Shown one piece after another: positions 17,291 through 27,442 of a stretch of 32,000 nt of DNA; the first letter of the stretch is position 1, and every line of letters starts with the position of its first letter. Both the position numbers and the translations under genes were made by a program. Source of the DNA: Aquifex aeolicus VF5 (GTDB lineage Bacteria; Aquificota; Aquificia; Aquificales; Aquificaceae); contig NC_000918.1 in NCBI RefSeq assembly GCF_000008625.1, forward strand, positions 90,001-122,000. Reading direction: 5' to 3'. The notes beneath the pieces were generated by a model. That model did no database searches and was not told the origin of the DNA. It worked only from the letters and a program-made list of their open reading frames with translations.

Positions 17291-18795
17291 TTTTTCTTAC
17301 TCCCCCCTTTTGATTTGTCTTTAAGGAGAACCTCTTTTATCAAATAGTTCTGAATAATATTGAATACGTTGTTCAGCGTCCAGTAAAGAACCAGTCCCGC
17401 CGGGAAGTTTATAAAGAGTAATGTGAATGCCACCGAGGTTATGTATCCCACAAGGGCCTGCTTTGGATCGGGGGAAGGAGTCATCTTTTGCTGAAGTATC
17501 ATGGTAAGTCCCATAATAACGGGAAGTATGTAATAGGGATCCTTGTCCGCAAGGCTGGGAATCCAGAGGAAACTGCTGACTTTCAGATCTACGGTTATTA
17601 TGAGAACCTTGTATAGCGCAAAGAATATAGGTATCTGGAGGAGTATGGGAAGGCATCCTGCCATAGGGTTGAATCCCGTTTCCGCGTAGAGTTTCATCAT
17701 CTCTTCCTGCATCTTTACGGGATCGTCCTTATACTTCTGTTTAATCTTTTCCATTTTAGGGGCGAGTTCTTGAAGCTTTTGCATAGAAACTACGCTTTTG
17801 TACCCCAGCGGGAAGAGGAAAATCCTGACTATAAACGTGAGAACGAGGATAGAGAGAACCCAGCTTCCCGTGTGTTCGTATATCCAGTACAGGAAGAGAA
17901 AGAGCGGTTTTACTATTATCTTTAAAGTTCCCCAGTCTAAGGTATCTACCAAACCAAGTTCTCTGAGCCTTGCATAGTCCTTCGCACCAAGGTATATGGT
18001 CTTCTCTCCATCGTAAAGGAAAGTGGAAAGTGATACAAATTTATCTCCTAGTTTTACTTTGTAAACTATGTGTTTCTGGTAATCCTTTGCCCCTTTAAAG
18101 AAGTACCTGCTTTCCTCTCCTCCAAACTCAATATTCCCTTCAAACTCATTTATACCCTTTAGATCATCCACATCAAGCCTTACAACTTCCCCGTTTATTT
18201 TCAGAACAGGTCCTACGTGTGTATAAAATGCCTCATCATCGGGAGGAGAACCTACAAACACCCAGAAGGGTGGTTTTAATCCTTCAACGCTTAAATGAAT
18301 TGCTCCGTTTTTATAGGAAAGTATTTTCTTTACTTTCAGCTCCTTGTGGATTAATTCGACTGAGTTTTTACCTTCTTTAATTTCGTATTCTCCAAAGTTT
18401 AATTTCTGATCAAGGTCTGGATTTCCCGTGAATATCTCCAGAGGGAATATTTTTAACTCTCTTTCAGCTTTCGATATTAAATCAAAGCCGTACTTCTGAT
18501 CTATAAATCTTAAAATTTTCCCGCCTTTTTCAGACAATTCCAAGGAATAAATTCCTAGTTTTACAGTTTTAGTGTTTTTATACTCCTGTTTTTCTCTGAA
18601 AGTTCCGAGCATTAACTGGGGAAGGTTTACGTTTTTAAACTCTTCTTTTTTTACTACTTCTTTTTTTTCTGTTTTTTGAGGTTGAGAGGGTTTAACGTAA
18701 TAAATGTAAAATAGCTCGTAAGCGGTTATGAATAAAAACATTAAGATTGTGAATATTAAAAACCTTTTCCAGAACTGGTTGTCGTTGTCCATCAT
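17287..18795 (-). CDS. yidC: membrane protein insertase YidC
   Basis: 502 aa with an N-terminal TM helix, a large periplasmic domain and the conserved 5-TM C-terminal core (PLFLFLYWIY..., GCLPILLQIPIFFALY, LYWTLNNVFNIIQ). Confidence 0.92.
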   Translation of the reverse strand: MMDNDNQFWKRFLIFTILMFLFITAYELFYIYYVKPSQPQKTEKKEVVKKEEFKNVNLPQLMLGTFREKQEYKNTKTVKLGIYSLELSEKGGKILRFIDQKYGFDLISKAERELKIFPLEIFTGNPDLDQKLNFGEYEIKEGKNSVELIHKELKVKKILSYKNGAIHLSVEGLKPPFWVFVGSPPDDEAFYTHVGPVLKINGEVVRLDVDDLKGINEFEGNIEFGGEESRYFFKGAKDYQKHIVYKVKLGDKFVSLSTFLYDGEKTIYLGAKDYARLRELGLVDTLDWGTLKIIVKPLFLFLYWIYEHTGSWVLSILVLTFIVRIFLFPLGYKSVVSMQKLQELAPKMEKIKQKYKDDPVKMQEEMMKLYAETGFNPMAGCLPILLQIPIFFALYKVLIITVDLKVSSFLWIPSLADKDPYYILPVIMGLTMILQQKMTPSPDPKQALVGYITSVAFTLLFINFPAGLVLYWTLNNVFNIIQNYLIKEVLLKDKSKGGSKKK

Positions 18796-18998
18796 GGGTA
18801 ATCAACTCCTCCCTTAAAGAAAGGGTTGCACCTCAAGACTCTGAAGAAAGCCTTAATAAGTCCCTTCAGCACTCCGTACTTTTCCACAGCCATTATAGCG
18901 TATGTAGAACAAGTAGGGTAATACCTACAGGAAGAAGGGTAAAGAGGAGATATAAACTTCTGCCAGAATTTTAAGAAAATTAAAACTATACTTTTCAT
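18792..18998 (-). CDS. yidD: membrane protein insertion efficiency factor YidD
   Basis: 68 aa with FISPL...CRYYPTCSTYA...RCNPF..GG.D signature. The stop overlaps the yidC start. Confidence 0.9.
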   Translation of the reverse strand: MKSIVLIFLKFWQKFISPLYPSSCRYYPTCSTYAIMAVEKYGVLKGLIKAFFRVLRCNPFFKGGVDYP

Positions 18999-19001
18999 AA
19001 C

Positions 19002-19145
19002 TTAAGGAGCGAGTCTCTTCCTGCCTTTTCTCCTCCTTCTGGCTATGATCTTCCTTCCAGACTTCGTTCTCATTCTTGCGAGAAATCCGCTCTTTCTCTT
19101 CTTCTTTTTTATAGATATATGCGGTTTTAATCCTTCGGTTACCAT
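19002..19145 (-). CDS. rpmH: 50S ribosomal protein L34
   Basis: It is not in the ORF track (47 aa). Translation: [53 protein letters not shown] lies upstream. The stop is 3 nt before the yidD ATG. Confidence 0.9.
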   Translation of the reverse strand: MVTEGLKPHISIKKKKRKSGFLARMRTKSGRKIIARRRRKGRKRLAP

Positions 19146-19188
19146 TCCAATATCCTCCTAAATAAAAATTTAAAGGAGAGAGAAGGGC

Positions 19189-19491
19189 TTAAACCACGAA
19201 GAGCAGTATGAAAGCTATGAGCAATCCGTAAAGAGCGATAGTTTCTATAAACGCAAGTCCTATGAACATAAGGGTTTGAAGTCTTCCGCCTGCGTTGGGA
19301 TTCCTCGCAACACCTTCCTGAGTTCCCCTAACGGCATGACCCATACCAACTCCGGCACCGAGTCCTGCAAGCCCTATAGCAAGTCCTGCTCCAAGGTACA
19401 GAAGTCCCTTAGCTACGGAAGCCTCTCCTTCCGCTGCCATTGCTATAGCAGGCATTATAGCGGTTAAGATAGCCATTAACCTCTTCATCAC
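19189..19491 (-). CDS. atpE: F0F1 ATP synthase subunit c
   Basis: 100 aa with a Gly-rich helix 1 ([12 protein letters not shown]), the ARNP loop and the carboxylate in FIETIALYG. It also has an about 20-aa N-terminal hydrophobic extension. Confidence 0.95.
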   Translation of the reverse strand: MMKRLMAILTAIMPAIAMAAEGEASVAKGLLYLGAGLAIGLAGLGAGVGMGHAVRGTQEGVARNPNAGGRLQTLMFIGLAFIETIALYGLLIAFILLFVV

Positions 19492-19506
19492 CTACCTCCT
19501 TAAAGC

Positions 19507-19914
19507 TTATTTAACTATAAGAGAAGCCAAGTTTAGTCCGTCTATTACCTTACAAAGGTACGCGGAAGGGTAACAAGCCCATACCACGAGCTCGTACCCT
19601 TTCCCTTCCACAAACTTCTTCACTTCTTCACTCAGCGGTCCTATCCTGTACTCAACACCGGGAATTTCCGTACTTCCAGTTAATTTTTCCCAAACTTCTC
19701 TCAATCTTCTCTCTATACGCTTCTTACTCTCTTCCTTTATCTCAGGTGGAAAGGGAAGACCGAAAGTTACATTAGCCCTCTCTAAGTTGTAAACGTCTTC
19801 CAGTACAGCCAGAATGTCTAGCTCCGCACCAAGTTTTTCGGAGAAGTTCACGGCGTAAGTAATCGCCTTTTCGCAATCGCTGTAAGCGTCTGTTAAAACT
19901 AGCAGTACCTTCAT
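19507..19914 (-). CDS. universal-stress-protein-like alpha/beta domain protein (degenerate)
   Basis: 135 aa. MKVLLVLTDAYSDCEKAITYAV...LDILAVLEDV...YELVVWA has a USP-like layout. The assignment is by eye only. Confidence 0.45.
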   Translation of the reverse strand: MKVLLVLTDAYSDCEKAITYAVNFSEKLGAELDILAVLEDVYNLERANVTFGLPFPPEIKEESKKRIERRLREVWEKLTGSTEIPGVEYRIGPLSEEVKKFVEGKGYELVVWACYPSAYLCKVIDGLNLASLIVK

Positions 19915-19915
19915 A

Positions 19916-20566
19916 TCAGTGCTCCTCGTGTGCTACAGCTCCGGCTATGTAAACCACCGAGAGTATCATAAAGATGTAAGTCTGTATGAATATGGCGAGG
20001 AACTTTATAGCTATAACGAATATAAGCACAACCGGTGATACTACCAGCGTGAATGGATTCTTGATAACCAGGCTTACTAAAGTAAGAAGTAGGAGTGCTC
20101 CCGCTTTCATGTTTGCGAATAACCTGAGGGAGAGGGTGATTGGTCTTGCTATGTGAGATATAACTTCAACCACGAAGAAAAAGGGAGCCATTAGAGGTAT
20201 GGGTCCCATAAAGTGTTTCAAATAAGCAAGACCGTTTTCCCTGAAGCCTTCAAAGTGGTAATAAAAGAACACTAAAAGTGCTAAAGCTAGGTTGGTGTTT
20301 ATGTTTGCGGTAGGAGCTTCAAAGCCGGGAACCATTCCTAGTATGTTCCCGAAGAAAACGAAGAGTCCTATGGCTGCTATCAAGGGTACGTATTTAAGTC
20401 CTCTTTCGCCTACGTTTTCCAGGAGCATATTCCTGACGAATCTCAGGTATCCTTCCAGTAGAGCTTGATACTTTGTAGGTTTAAGGGAAGGTTTTCCTCC
20501 TTTGAGGACGAAAATTATCGCAAGTGCCACCGCTAAGAGTGCGTAAACTACGTGCGAGTACTCCAT
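19916..20566 (-). CDS. atpB: F0F1 ATP synthase subunit a
   Basis: 216 aa polytopic protein with the conserved Arg region [11 protein letters not shown]. Confidence 0.92.
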   Translation of the reverse strand: MEYSHVVYALLAVALAIIFVLKGGKPSLKPTKYQALLEGYLRFVRNMLLENVGERGLKYVPLIAAIGLFVFFGNILGMVPGFEAPTANINTNLALALLVFFYYHFEGFRENGLAYLKHFMGPIPLMAPFFFVVEVISHIARPITLSLRLFANMKAGALLLLTLVSLVIKNPFTLVVSPVVLIFVIAIKFLAIFIQTYIFMILSVVYIAGAVAHEEH

Positions 20567-20615
20567 TTCCCTTACCTCTTTTGCAATTGGCTCAGAAAAT
20601 TATAACATAAATTTG

Positions 20616-21377
20616 ATGCTGGCAAAGAGAATAATTCCCTGCCTTGACGTGGATAAAGGGAGAGTTGTGAAAGGTGTGAAGTTCCTAAACCTCAGGGACG
20701 CGGGAGACCCAGTGGAAGTGGCAAAAAGGTACGAAGAAGAAGGAGCGGATGAACTGGTATTCCTGGACATAACAGCCTCGGCGGAAGACAGGGAAATAAT
20801 GATAGACGTAGTAAAGAAGGTTGCCGAAACCGTCTTCATGCCCTTCACAGTGGGAGGAGGGATAAGGAGCTTGGAGGATATGAGGAGACTCTTAGAAGCG
20901 GGAGCGGACAAGATATCTATAAACACGGCAGCGGTGAAGAATCCGAATCTTATTTACGAGGGGGCAAAGAGGTTCGGATCTCAGTGTATAGTGGTTGCTA
21001 TAGACGCAAAAAGGAAGGGAAATTCGTGGGAGGTTTACATACACGGTGGAAGAACACCTACGGGACTTGACGCTGTTGAGTGGGCTAAAAAAGTTGAAAG
21101 TTTGGGAGCTGGAGAGATTCTCTTGACTTCCATGGACAGAGACGGGACAAAGGACGGGTACGATATAGAACTAAACAGAGCCATCTCGGAAGCGGTGAAC
21201 ATACCCGTTATAGCTTCTGGGGGTGCGGGCAAGAAGGAACACTTTTACGAAGTTTTTTCAAAGACAAAGGTAGAGGCTGCCCTTGCCGCTTCAGTATTCC
21301 ACTTCAGGGAAATAAGTATTCCGGAGCTGAAGGAGTATCTTCTGGAAAGAGGTATTAACGTGAGACCTCTTGACTGA
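20616..21377 (+). CDS. hisF: imidazole glycerol phosphate synthase cyclase subunit
   Basis: [38 protein letters not shown] and ASGGAG motifs. Confidence 0.95.
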   Translation: MLAKRIIPCLDVDKGRVVKGVKFLNLRDAGDPVEVAKRYEEEGADELVFLDITASAEDREIMIDVVKKVAETVFMPFTVGGGIRSLEDMRRLLEAGADKISINTAAVKNPNLIYEGAKRFGSQCIVVAIDAKRKGNSWEVYIHGGRTPTGLDAVEWAKKVESLGAGEILLTSMDRDGTKDGYDIELNRAISEAVNIPVIASGGAGKKEHFYEVFSKTKVEAALAASVFHFREISIPELKEYLLERGINVRPLD

Positions 21378-22101
21378 CGCATTTTAAAGCTTCCTTTCCC
21401 AATACTTCTTCCAAAACAAACAGAGCTCTTTTTTTTGCAATTTCTGCATTTCTTTCTGGATTTTTAGAGTTTGCATCAGCAAAACCTATAAATTCAACTT
21501 TCTGTAACAAGCCGGATTTTTCTAATTTTGATATCAAGTCCTTTAAGTACTCCAGATTCTTGTCCTCTGTCTTTACTTTTGCGTATCCGAAGTAGATGCT
21601 ATAAGTGATTTTTAAGGATTCTTTTATCTCAGAATTTTTCATTTTCTCGAAGTAAGGGTTTCCTATATCTTGAGTTTCCAGTATAACCTTAATTTGTTTT
21701 TCTTTCTTAAAGGAAGTGATAGGAAACTTCACATAATCTTTTCCGATATCTACCGGATAAGCTATATAATTTTTTTTAACATTACCTTCAAGTTCTTCTA
21801 TATTTGCAACTTCGGGTAGGTCGCTTTTCACGGGAATTACAAGCAAGATGTCTTCGTTTAAATCCACTTTTGGAGTTATTTCTATAACCGCAGACTTTCC
21901 TTTAGTTACACGAATATCCGCCTCTACGTTTTTCATTTTTTCTCCTTTTACCTTTATATTCGTGTAAAGAATAACGTCAGTTCTCCTGAAGTACTTTCCC
22001 GATTTGTCCGATACTTTGTACTTTAAAAAAACTTGAGTGGGACACACTGAGAAGGATAAAGAGGTTAATAGAACCAGAAGAAAGATCAATGTTTTATACA
22101 T
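21355..22101 (-). CDS. secreted protein or lipoprotein with a C-terminal OmpA-like (peptidoglycan-binding-like) module
   Basis: Signal peptide [20 protein letters not shown]. The C-terminus [28 protein letters not shown] resembles the OmpA_C core. Confidence 0.45.
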   Translation of the reverse strand: MYKTLIFLLVLLTSLSFSVCPTQVFLKYKVSDKSGKYFRRTDVILYTNIKVKGEKMKNVEADIRVTKGKSAVIEITPKVDLNEDILLVIPVKSDLPEVANIEELEGNVKKNYIAYPVDIGKDYVKFPITSFKKEKQIKVILETQDIGNPYFEKMKNSEIKESLKITYSIYFGYAKVKTEDKNLEYLKDLISKLEKSGLLQKVEFIGFADANSKNPERNAEIAKKRALFVLEEVLGKEALKCVSQEVSR

Positions 22102-22110
22102 ACTCCCTCC

Positions 22111-23304
22111 TTACTTTTTCATTATAAATTCCTCCGATAGTACCTTGAGTTTTCCATCTTCCTTTACTACGTACATACGCTTTATACCTTCGTCAGAATA
22201 AGTGTCAGATCTATACTTCTGGTAGAACTCAATTACATAGTACCTAGGTTCATCATCCCCCAACTTTGAAAAGGCTAAAATGGATAAGTTTGAAATATCT
22301 ACTTTTATGAATTTTTTACTCAAAATAGTCCTCTTCTTGTAATCCTTCCATTCTTTTAATCCGCCACCTTTCCACCTAAAGTGCTTTGAGTAAAAGGAGA
22401 TAAACCTATTTAAATCTTTTTTCTCCCATGCATTCTTCCAGGAGAGTATGAATTCTTTAACGTTTTCCACCTCAAGACTTTGAGGAATTACTTTGTATAT
22501 ACCTATAAGTGTATTTGAGAGGTTTATCTTCGGCACGATTTCCGTCTTTAACACATCGGTCTGAGCTACCACGCACCCTCTCGTACTGAAAGGAAGTTTA
22601 TCTCTGTCTTTTTCGTTGCTACCGTGGAGCCATATGCCGCTTCCCGTCTTTCCAAGGAGTTTGTCATAGGGATTTGGGTAGTTAAGGGCTACCGCTATAC
22701 CACCGTATATTTCTGATAACTGCTCCGGTGGTATAAAGCGAGTAAAGTAATAAACCCCTTCGGGCGTTTTCCCGTCTCCTTCCCTTTCTTTGTCTCCAAT
22801 GTTCATACCCGTAGTTACGGGATACATCCCTTCGAGCTTTTTACCCTTGAATACAAACAAATACTGACTCATCTTCTCAACGAGGAAGACGTAGTGATTT
22901 TCCGGATTTTCTACTAAAACGGGCGGTGCTTCTTTAAACCTTTTTTCAAGGATTTTCCTAATTTTTTCCCTGTAGATTTCCTTATTTTCTACTTTCCTTA
23001 TAAGGAAGTTGAACCTGTAGTAAGATGGATTGTAGTAGGGATTTAGCTCTATTGACTTGAGGTAAGCTTGTATAGCTTCCTTTAATTTCCCTTCTTTTTC
23101 AAGCAAGAGACCTTCGGTATAGAGTTTTACGTAATCCTCTACCGTAATATTTAAATTTTCGAAGTAGGATTTCAGAACTTTTAACTCTAAATCGTTCGTT
23201 TTTCCCTCGTAAAACTTTTTGAATAATTCTCTTATCTTTCCCTTTTCGAGTTCCTCGTAAGAGAAGAGAAAAGAAATACTTAATAAAAGTAGAAAAAGTA
23301 TCAT
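22111..23304 (-). CDS. L,D-transpeptidase (YkuD/ErfK family) with N-terminal TPR-like and C-terminal NTF2-like regions
   Basis: Signal peptide plus the catalytic motif IWLHGSNE....STRGCVV. Confidence 0.8.
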   Translation of the reverse strand: MILFLLLLSISFLFSYEELEKGKIRELFKKFYEGKTNDLELKVLKSYFENLNITVEDYVKLYTEGLLLEKEGKLKEAIQAYLKSIELNPYYNPSYYRFNFLIRKVENKEIYREKIRKILEKRFKEAPPVLVENPENHYVFLVEKMSQYLFVFKGKKLEGMYPVTTGMNIGDKEREGDGKTPEGVYYFTRFIPPEQLSEIYGGIAVALNYPNPYDKLLGKTGSGIWLHGSNEKDRDKLPFSTRGCVVAQTDVLKTEIVPKINLSNTLIGIYKVIPQSLEVENVKEFILSWKNAWEKKDLNRFISFYSKHFRWKGGGLKEWKDYKKRTILSKKFIKVDISNLSILAFSKLGDDEPRYYVIEFYQKYRSDTYSDEGIKRMYVVKEDGKLKVLSEEFIMKK

Positions 23305-23531
23305 TCTTCTTTACTTCCACTTTCTTCCTTTTTCTTTATTATCTTTACCTTCCCTTCCGCAATATCTTCTATTGCTGCGAAGGTTTTTTTGTGAACCTCT
23401 CCCCCTTCCTGGACAAAAAAGTCCTCTCCTTCCCTGAGGAGCTGAAGCGTTCTCCTTACGGCTGCGTGCACGAGTTCATAGCGGGACTCAACCCTTTTCA
23501 TAGCTTCCTCTATCTTAGGTCTCCTTGACAT
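23301..23531 (-). CDS. rpoZ: DNA-directed RNA polymerase subunit omega
   Basis: SRYELVHAAVRRTLQL is the omega core. AGGAGG lies 8 nt upstream of ATG 23531; the GTG at 23540 is the alternative start. It sits in the conserved gmk-rpoZ arrangement. Confidence 0.85.
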   Translation of the reverse strand: MSRRPKIEEAMKRVESRYELVHAAVRRTLQLLREGEDFFVQEGGEVHKKTFAAIEDIAEGKVKIIKKKEESGSKEE

Positions 23532-24164
23532 AACACTCACCTCCTTTGAGTAAATCTACGATATCCTTATCGAGCCTGAACTTCTCTATCTCATCCAGGA
23601 CTCTCTCCTTCTTCACTCTGTAAGAGAGAATTATAGATTTTACCTTTTCTACCGCTTCGTTCAAGTAGTCGTTTATAACTATGTAATCGAAAAACCTTGC
23701 ACAGGGAACCTCTCCTTTAGCTGTTTCAAGCCTCTTGCTTACGTTGGAATCTACGTAACCTCTTCCTTCAATCCTCCTCTTAAGTTCTTCAAAGGAGGGA
23801 GGGAGGAGGAAAATGGTAACGGCTTCGGGGAAGAACTTCTTCACTTTAAAGGCACCCTGGACGTCTATGATAAGGAGCGCGTCCTTTTTCTCTACGTTTA
23901 TGGTTTCCTCTATGTCCTTCTTCGGCGTCCCATAGTAATTTCCGTAAACGTTCGCGTACTCGAGGAAGAAGCCTTCCTTTATCTTCTTCTCAAATTCTTC
24001 TACGGAAACGAATACGTAGTCTACTCGTTTTGTTCGTAGGGGCGGGGACTTCTCGTGGTGTAGGTAACTATCCTCTTGAGGTCGGAGACTTCGGAGAGCA
24101 ATTTCTGTGCTACCGTCGTTTTTCCAGTTCCCGAGGGTGCGGAAAGCACGAATAAATTTCCCAT
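23515..24164 (-). pseudogene. gmk: guanylate kinase, frame broken by a 1-nt deletion at about 24025-24026
   Basis: ATG 24164 gives MGNLFVLSAPSGTGKTTV...TTRSPRPYEQN, then a stop. Adding one G restores ...EQNGVDYVFVSVEEF...YGNYYGTPK..., which runs into ORF 23515-23844. Confidence 0.9.
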
Positions 24165-24178
24165 TTTAAAAAATGATA

Positions 24179-24652
24179 CTACTTGCCACAGTAAAGCTCC
24201 AAAACCTTTTGCACTATCTTACTCGTTGATATGTCGTACTCAAAGGGAATCGTAAGAACTTTACCGCCGTAGCTCTCCACAAACTCCCTTCCCACAATCT
24301 TGTCAAGGGGCCAATCTCCACCCTTTACTAGTACGTCCGGTTTTATAGCCTTTATGAGTTTTTCCGGAGTGTCCTCTTCAAAGATGACCACGTAGTCCAC
24401 AGGTTTCAGGGAAGAAAGCACCTTAGCACGCATCTCCTGAGGGATTATCGGTCTTCTTTCTCCCTTTATTCGCCTCACGGAAGAGTCTGAGTTCATACCG
24501 ACCACGAGAATGTCCCCCAGTTTTTTAGCCTTCTCTAAGTAATCCACGTGCCCGGCGTGGATTATGTCAAAACACCCGTTGGTGAAAACAACCTTTTTGC
24601 CTTTTCTCTCCCTTTCCAGAACTTTTAAGAGTTCTTCCAGAGGGAGTATCAT
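24179..24652 (-). CDS. rfaE2: D-glycero-beta-D-manno-heptose 1-phosphate adenylyltransferase (RfaE domain II type cytidylyltransferase)
   Basis: 157 aa with FTNGCFDIIHAGH and the MNSDSS region. Confidence 0.85.
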   Translation of the reverse strand: MILPLEELLKVLERERKGKKVVFTNGCFDIIHAGHVDYLEKAKKLGDILVVGMNSDSSVRRIKGERRPIIPQEMRAKVLSSLKPVDYVVIFEEDTPEKLIKAIKPDVLVKGGDWPLDKIVGREFVESYGGKVLTIPFEYDISTSKIVQKVLELYCGK

Positions 24653-26088
24653 GTGAGGTCAAATATCACGGTCTTTATCTCTGTGTAGTCTTCTATTGCG
24701 AACTTTGGTCCTTCCCTACCTATTCCAGAGTACTTTACTCCGCCGTAGGGCATGTGATCCGCCCTGAAAGTGGGTCCCTCATTTATGAGTACTCCTCCCG
24801 CCTCTATCTCCTTTATGCACTTCCAGGCGAGCTTCACGTCGTTCGTGAATACTCCCACCTGAAGACCGTAATCGGAGGAGTTTACCCACCTTATGGCTTC
24901 TTCTATGTCCTTGTAGGGATTTACCGCAACCACGGGGGCGAAGGCTTCTTCTTTGAAGAGTTTAGAGTCTTCAGGAACCAAGGAAACTATCGTGGGAGAG
25001 AATATTGTCTCATCCTCTGCACACCTGAGCCCGCCCGCTTCAATTTTCGCTCCTTTTTGAACAGCTTCCGATATCCACTCCTGTATCCTTTCCAGCTCCG
25101 AGGGTGCTATCATGGGGCCTAAATCCGTGTCCTCGTTCATAGGATCACCGACTTTTAGTTTACTTACTCTTTCTTTTAGTCTTTTAATGAATTCATCGTA
25201 GAGGTCCTCGTGGACGAAAACCCTCTGAACGGATATGCAAACCTGTCCCGCTATCGCGTAACCACCTTGAACCGTCTTCTCAACAGCCTTTTCGAGGTTT
25301 CCGTCCTTGTGGAGGATTATCGCAGAGTTAGAGCCGAGTTCAAGAACGAGCTTCTTTATACCCACCTGCCTCGCTATAATATCTCCAACTTTCCTGCTTC
25401 CCGTAAAGGAGACCACCCTGACGTCCGGGTGCGTAGTCATAGCTTTTCCCACGTCCCCGTACCCGGGTATTACGGAAAGTGCCTTTGGTGGAACTCCCGC
25501 TTCCAGGAGTATCTCTCCAAGCATTAAGGGAGTTAAAGGTGTCCTTTCGGAAGGCTTAAGGATTACAGCGTTTCCCGCAGCCAAGGCGGGTGCTACCTTG
25601 TGCATGGAAAGGTTCAGGGGAAAGTTAAAGGGCGTTATTGCAGAAACTATACCCACCGGCACTCTTATGTAAAAACCTAATTTTCCCTTTCCGTTAGGAT
25701 GGGCGTCTATTGGAAAGGTCTCCCCGTTTACTCTCTTTGCCTCTTCAGCGGAAAATATAAGAGTCTGTATAGCCCTTTGAACCTCTGTTCTCGCTTCCCT
25801 GATGGTTTTCCCGACTTCCAGAACCAAGGTTTTTGCAAACTCTTCGGCCCTCTCCTTCAGGAGCTGGGCAGCCCTCATTAATATCTCGTAGCGCTCGTAA
25901 GCGGTGAGGGAAAAAATCTCTTTGAAACCTTCCTTTGCTCTCTCTATCGCCTTTTCTACGTCCTTTTCGTCTCCCTTCGGAACCCTACCTATCGGTTTTC
26001 TCGTGTAGGGATAAATTACTTCTATCTTTTCCTCTTTGTCTACCCACTCTCCGCCTATTAACATCTTTTTCTCTATCATCTTTCCCAC
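24649..26088 (-). CDS. NAD(P)+-dependent aldehyde dehydrogenase
   Basis: 479 aa with ELGSNSA, the catalytic Cys in GQVCISVQR, and the PYGGVKYSGIGREG C-terminal motif. Confidence 0.9.
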   Translation of the reverse strand: MGKMIEKKMLIGGEWVDKEEKIEVIYPYTRKPIGRVPKGDEKDVEKAIERAKEGFKEIFSLTAYERYEILMRAAQLLKERAEEFAKTLVLEVGKTIREARTEVQRAIQTLIFSAEEAKRVNGETFPIDAHPNGKGKLGFYIRVPVGIVSAITPFNFPLNLSMHKVAPALAAGNAVILKPSERTPLTPLMLGEILLEAGVPPKALSVIPGYGDVGKAMTTHPDVRVVSFTGSRKVGDIIARQVGIKKLVLELGSNSAIILHKDGNLEKAVEKTVQGGYAIAGQVCISVQRVFVHEDLYDEFIKRLKERVSKLKVGDPMNEDTDLGPMIAPSELERIQEWISEAVQKGAKIEAGGLRCAEDETIFSPTIVSLVPEDSKLFKEEAFAPVVAVNPYKDIEEAIRWVNSSDYGLQVGVFTNDVKLAWKCIKEIEAGGVLINEGPTFRADHMPYGGVKYSGIGREGPKFAIEDYTEIKTVIFDLT

Positions 26089-26089
26089 C

Positions 26090-27442
26090 TCACAGTATGT
26101 ACCTGCTCAGTTCTTCATCTTTTACGAGGTTTTCAAGTTTAGCCTTTACAAATTTTGCGTCTATTATTATAGTCTGCCCGGCCATTTCCGGAGCGTTGAA
26201 GGATATGTCTTCCAGGAGTTTCTCCATTACGGTGTGGAGTCTACGAGCCCCTATGTTTTCAGTCTTCGTGTTAATTTCCTCCGCAATCCTCGCTATCTCT
26301 TCTATTGCATCATCTGTAAACTCAAGGTAAACGTTTTCGGTTTTGAGGAGTTCTATATACTGCTTCGTGAGTGCGTTTTCTGGTTCTACGAGTATCCTCT
26401 TGAAGTCTTCCTTTGTGAGGGGTTTTAGTTCAACTCTTATGGGAAACCTTCCCTGGAGCTCCGGAATTAGGTCCGAAGGCTTTGCCATGTGAAAAGCTCC
26501 AGCCCCTATGAAGAGTATGTGATCCGTCTTTACAGGTCCGTACTTTGTGTTTACAGTGGTTCCTTCAAGTATTGGTAGGAGATCCCTCTGCACCCCTTCC
26601 CTTGAGACTCCGGGACCTGCTCCGGGTGTCTTTACCGCTATCTTGTCTATCTCATCTATAAAGATTATCCCGAAGTTCTCCGCCCTGTATATGGCTTCCC
26701 TTGCGACTTCCTCCATATCTATGAGCTTTTCCGCCTCTTCCTGCTCAAGTATCTGAAGGGCTTCCTTCACCTTTACCTTTCTCCTCCTCTTTGAGGGAAT
26801 AAGCCCTGAGAGCATCTCCTTTATCTGGTTCTCAAGTTCTTCGAGTCCGGGAGGTCCGGCTATTCCCACCATGGGCACGGTCTTTTCCTTTACCTCAATC
26901 TCAACTATCCTGTCGTCCAGTTCCCCCTTTCTGAGCTTTTGCCTGAGCTCCTCTCTCTTTCCGGCGTCCCTGCTTTCCCTTATTCCGAAGCTCGTGAACT
27001 GGTGGGGTACGAGGTAATCGAGGAGTCTCTCTTCGGCGAGTCTTCTGGCCCTTTCCCTTACCTCTTTCATCTTTTCCTGTTTGACCATCTGGAAGGAGAC
27101 TTCCACGAGTTCTCTTACCATGCTTTCAACATCTCTTCCCACATACCCTATTTCCGTGTACTTCGTTGCCTCTACTTTCACAAAGGGTGCCTTTATGAGG
27201 TTTGCAAGCCTCCTCGCTATTTCCGTTTTTCCCACACCCGTTGGACCTATCATCAGTATGTTTTTCGGGATAACCTCATTCCTCAGGTTTTCTGGGAGTT
27301 TTTGCCTCCTCCAGCGGTTTCTGAGGGCTATGGCAACGGCCTTTTTCGCCTCCTCCTGACCTACTACGTACTTGTTTAGCTCCTCTACTACCCTCTTAGG
27401 TGTTAATTCTTCAAGGAGCTCAGAAAGGGATTTCGTCGTCAT
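26090..27442 (-). CDS. hslU: ATP-dependent protease ATPase subunit HslU
   Basis: 450 aa with [12 protein letters not shown], Walker [18 protein letters not shown] and the I-domain insertion. Confidence 0.95.
   Translation of the reverse strand: MTTKSLSELLEELTPKRVVEELNKYVVGQEEAKKAVAIALRNRWRRQKLPENLRNEVIPKNILMIGPTGVGKTEIARRLANLIKAPFVKVEATKYTEIGYVGRDVESMVRELVEVSFQMVKQEKMKEVRERARRLAEERLLDYLVPHQFTSFGIRESRDAGKREELRQKLRKGELDDRIVEIEVKEKTVPMVGIAGPPGLEELENQIKEMLSGLIPSKRRRKVKVKEALQILEQEEAEKLIDMEEVAREAIYRAENFGIIFIDEIDKIAVKTPGAGPGVSREGVQRDLLPILEGTTVNTKYGPVKTDHILFIGAGAFHMAKPSDLIPELQGRFPIRVELKPLTKEDFKRILVEPENALTKQYIELLKTENVYLEFTDDAIEEIARIAEEINTKTENIGARRLHTVMEKLLEDISFNAPEMAGQTIIIDAKFVKAKLENLVKDEELSRYIL

Noticed and set aside
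24754-26428. Several 60-131-aa plus-strand ORFs
   Set aside because: All are antisense to the aldehyde dehydrogenase and hslU genes, which have strong family signatures. None has a ribosome-binding site or motifs.
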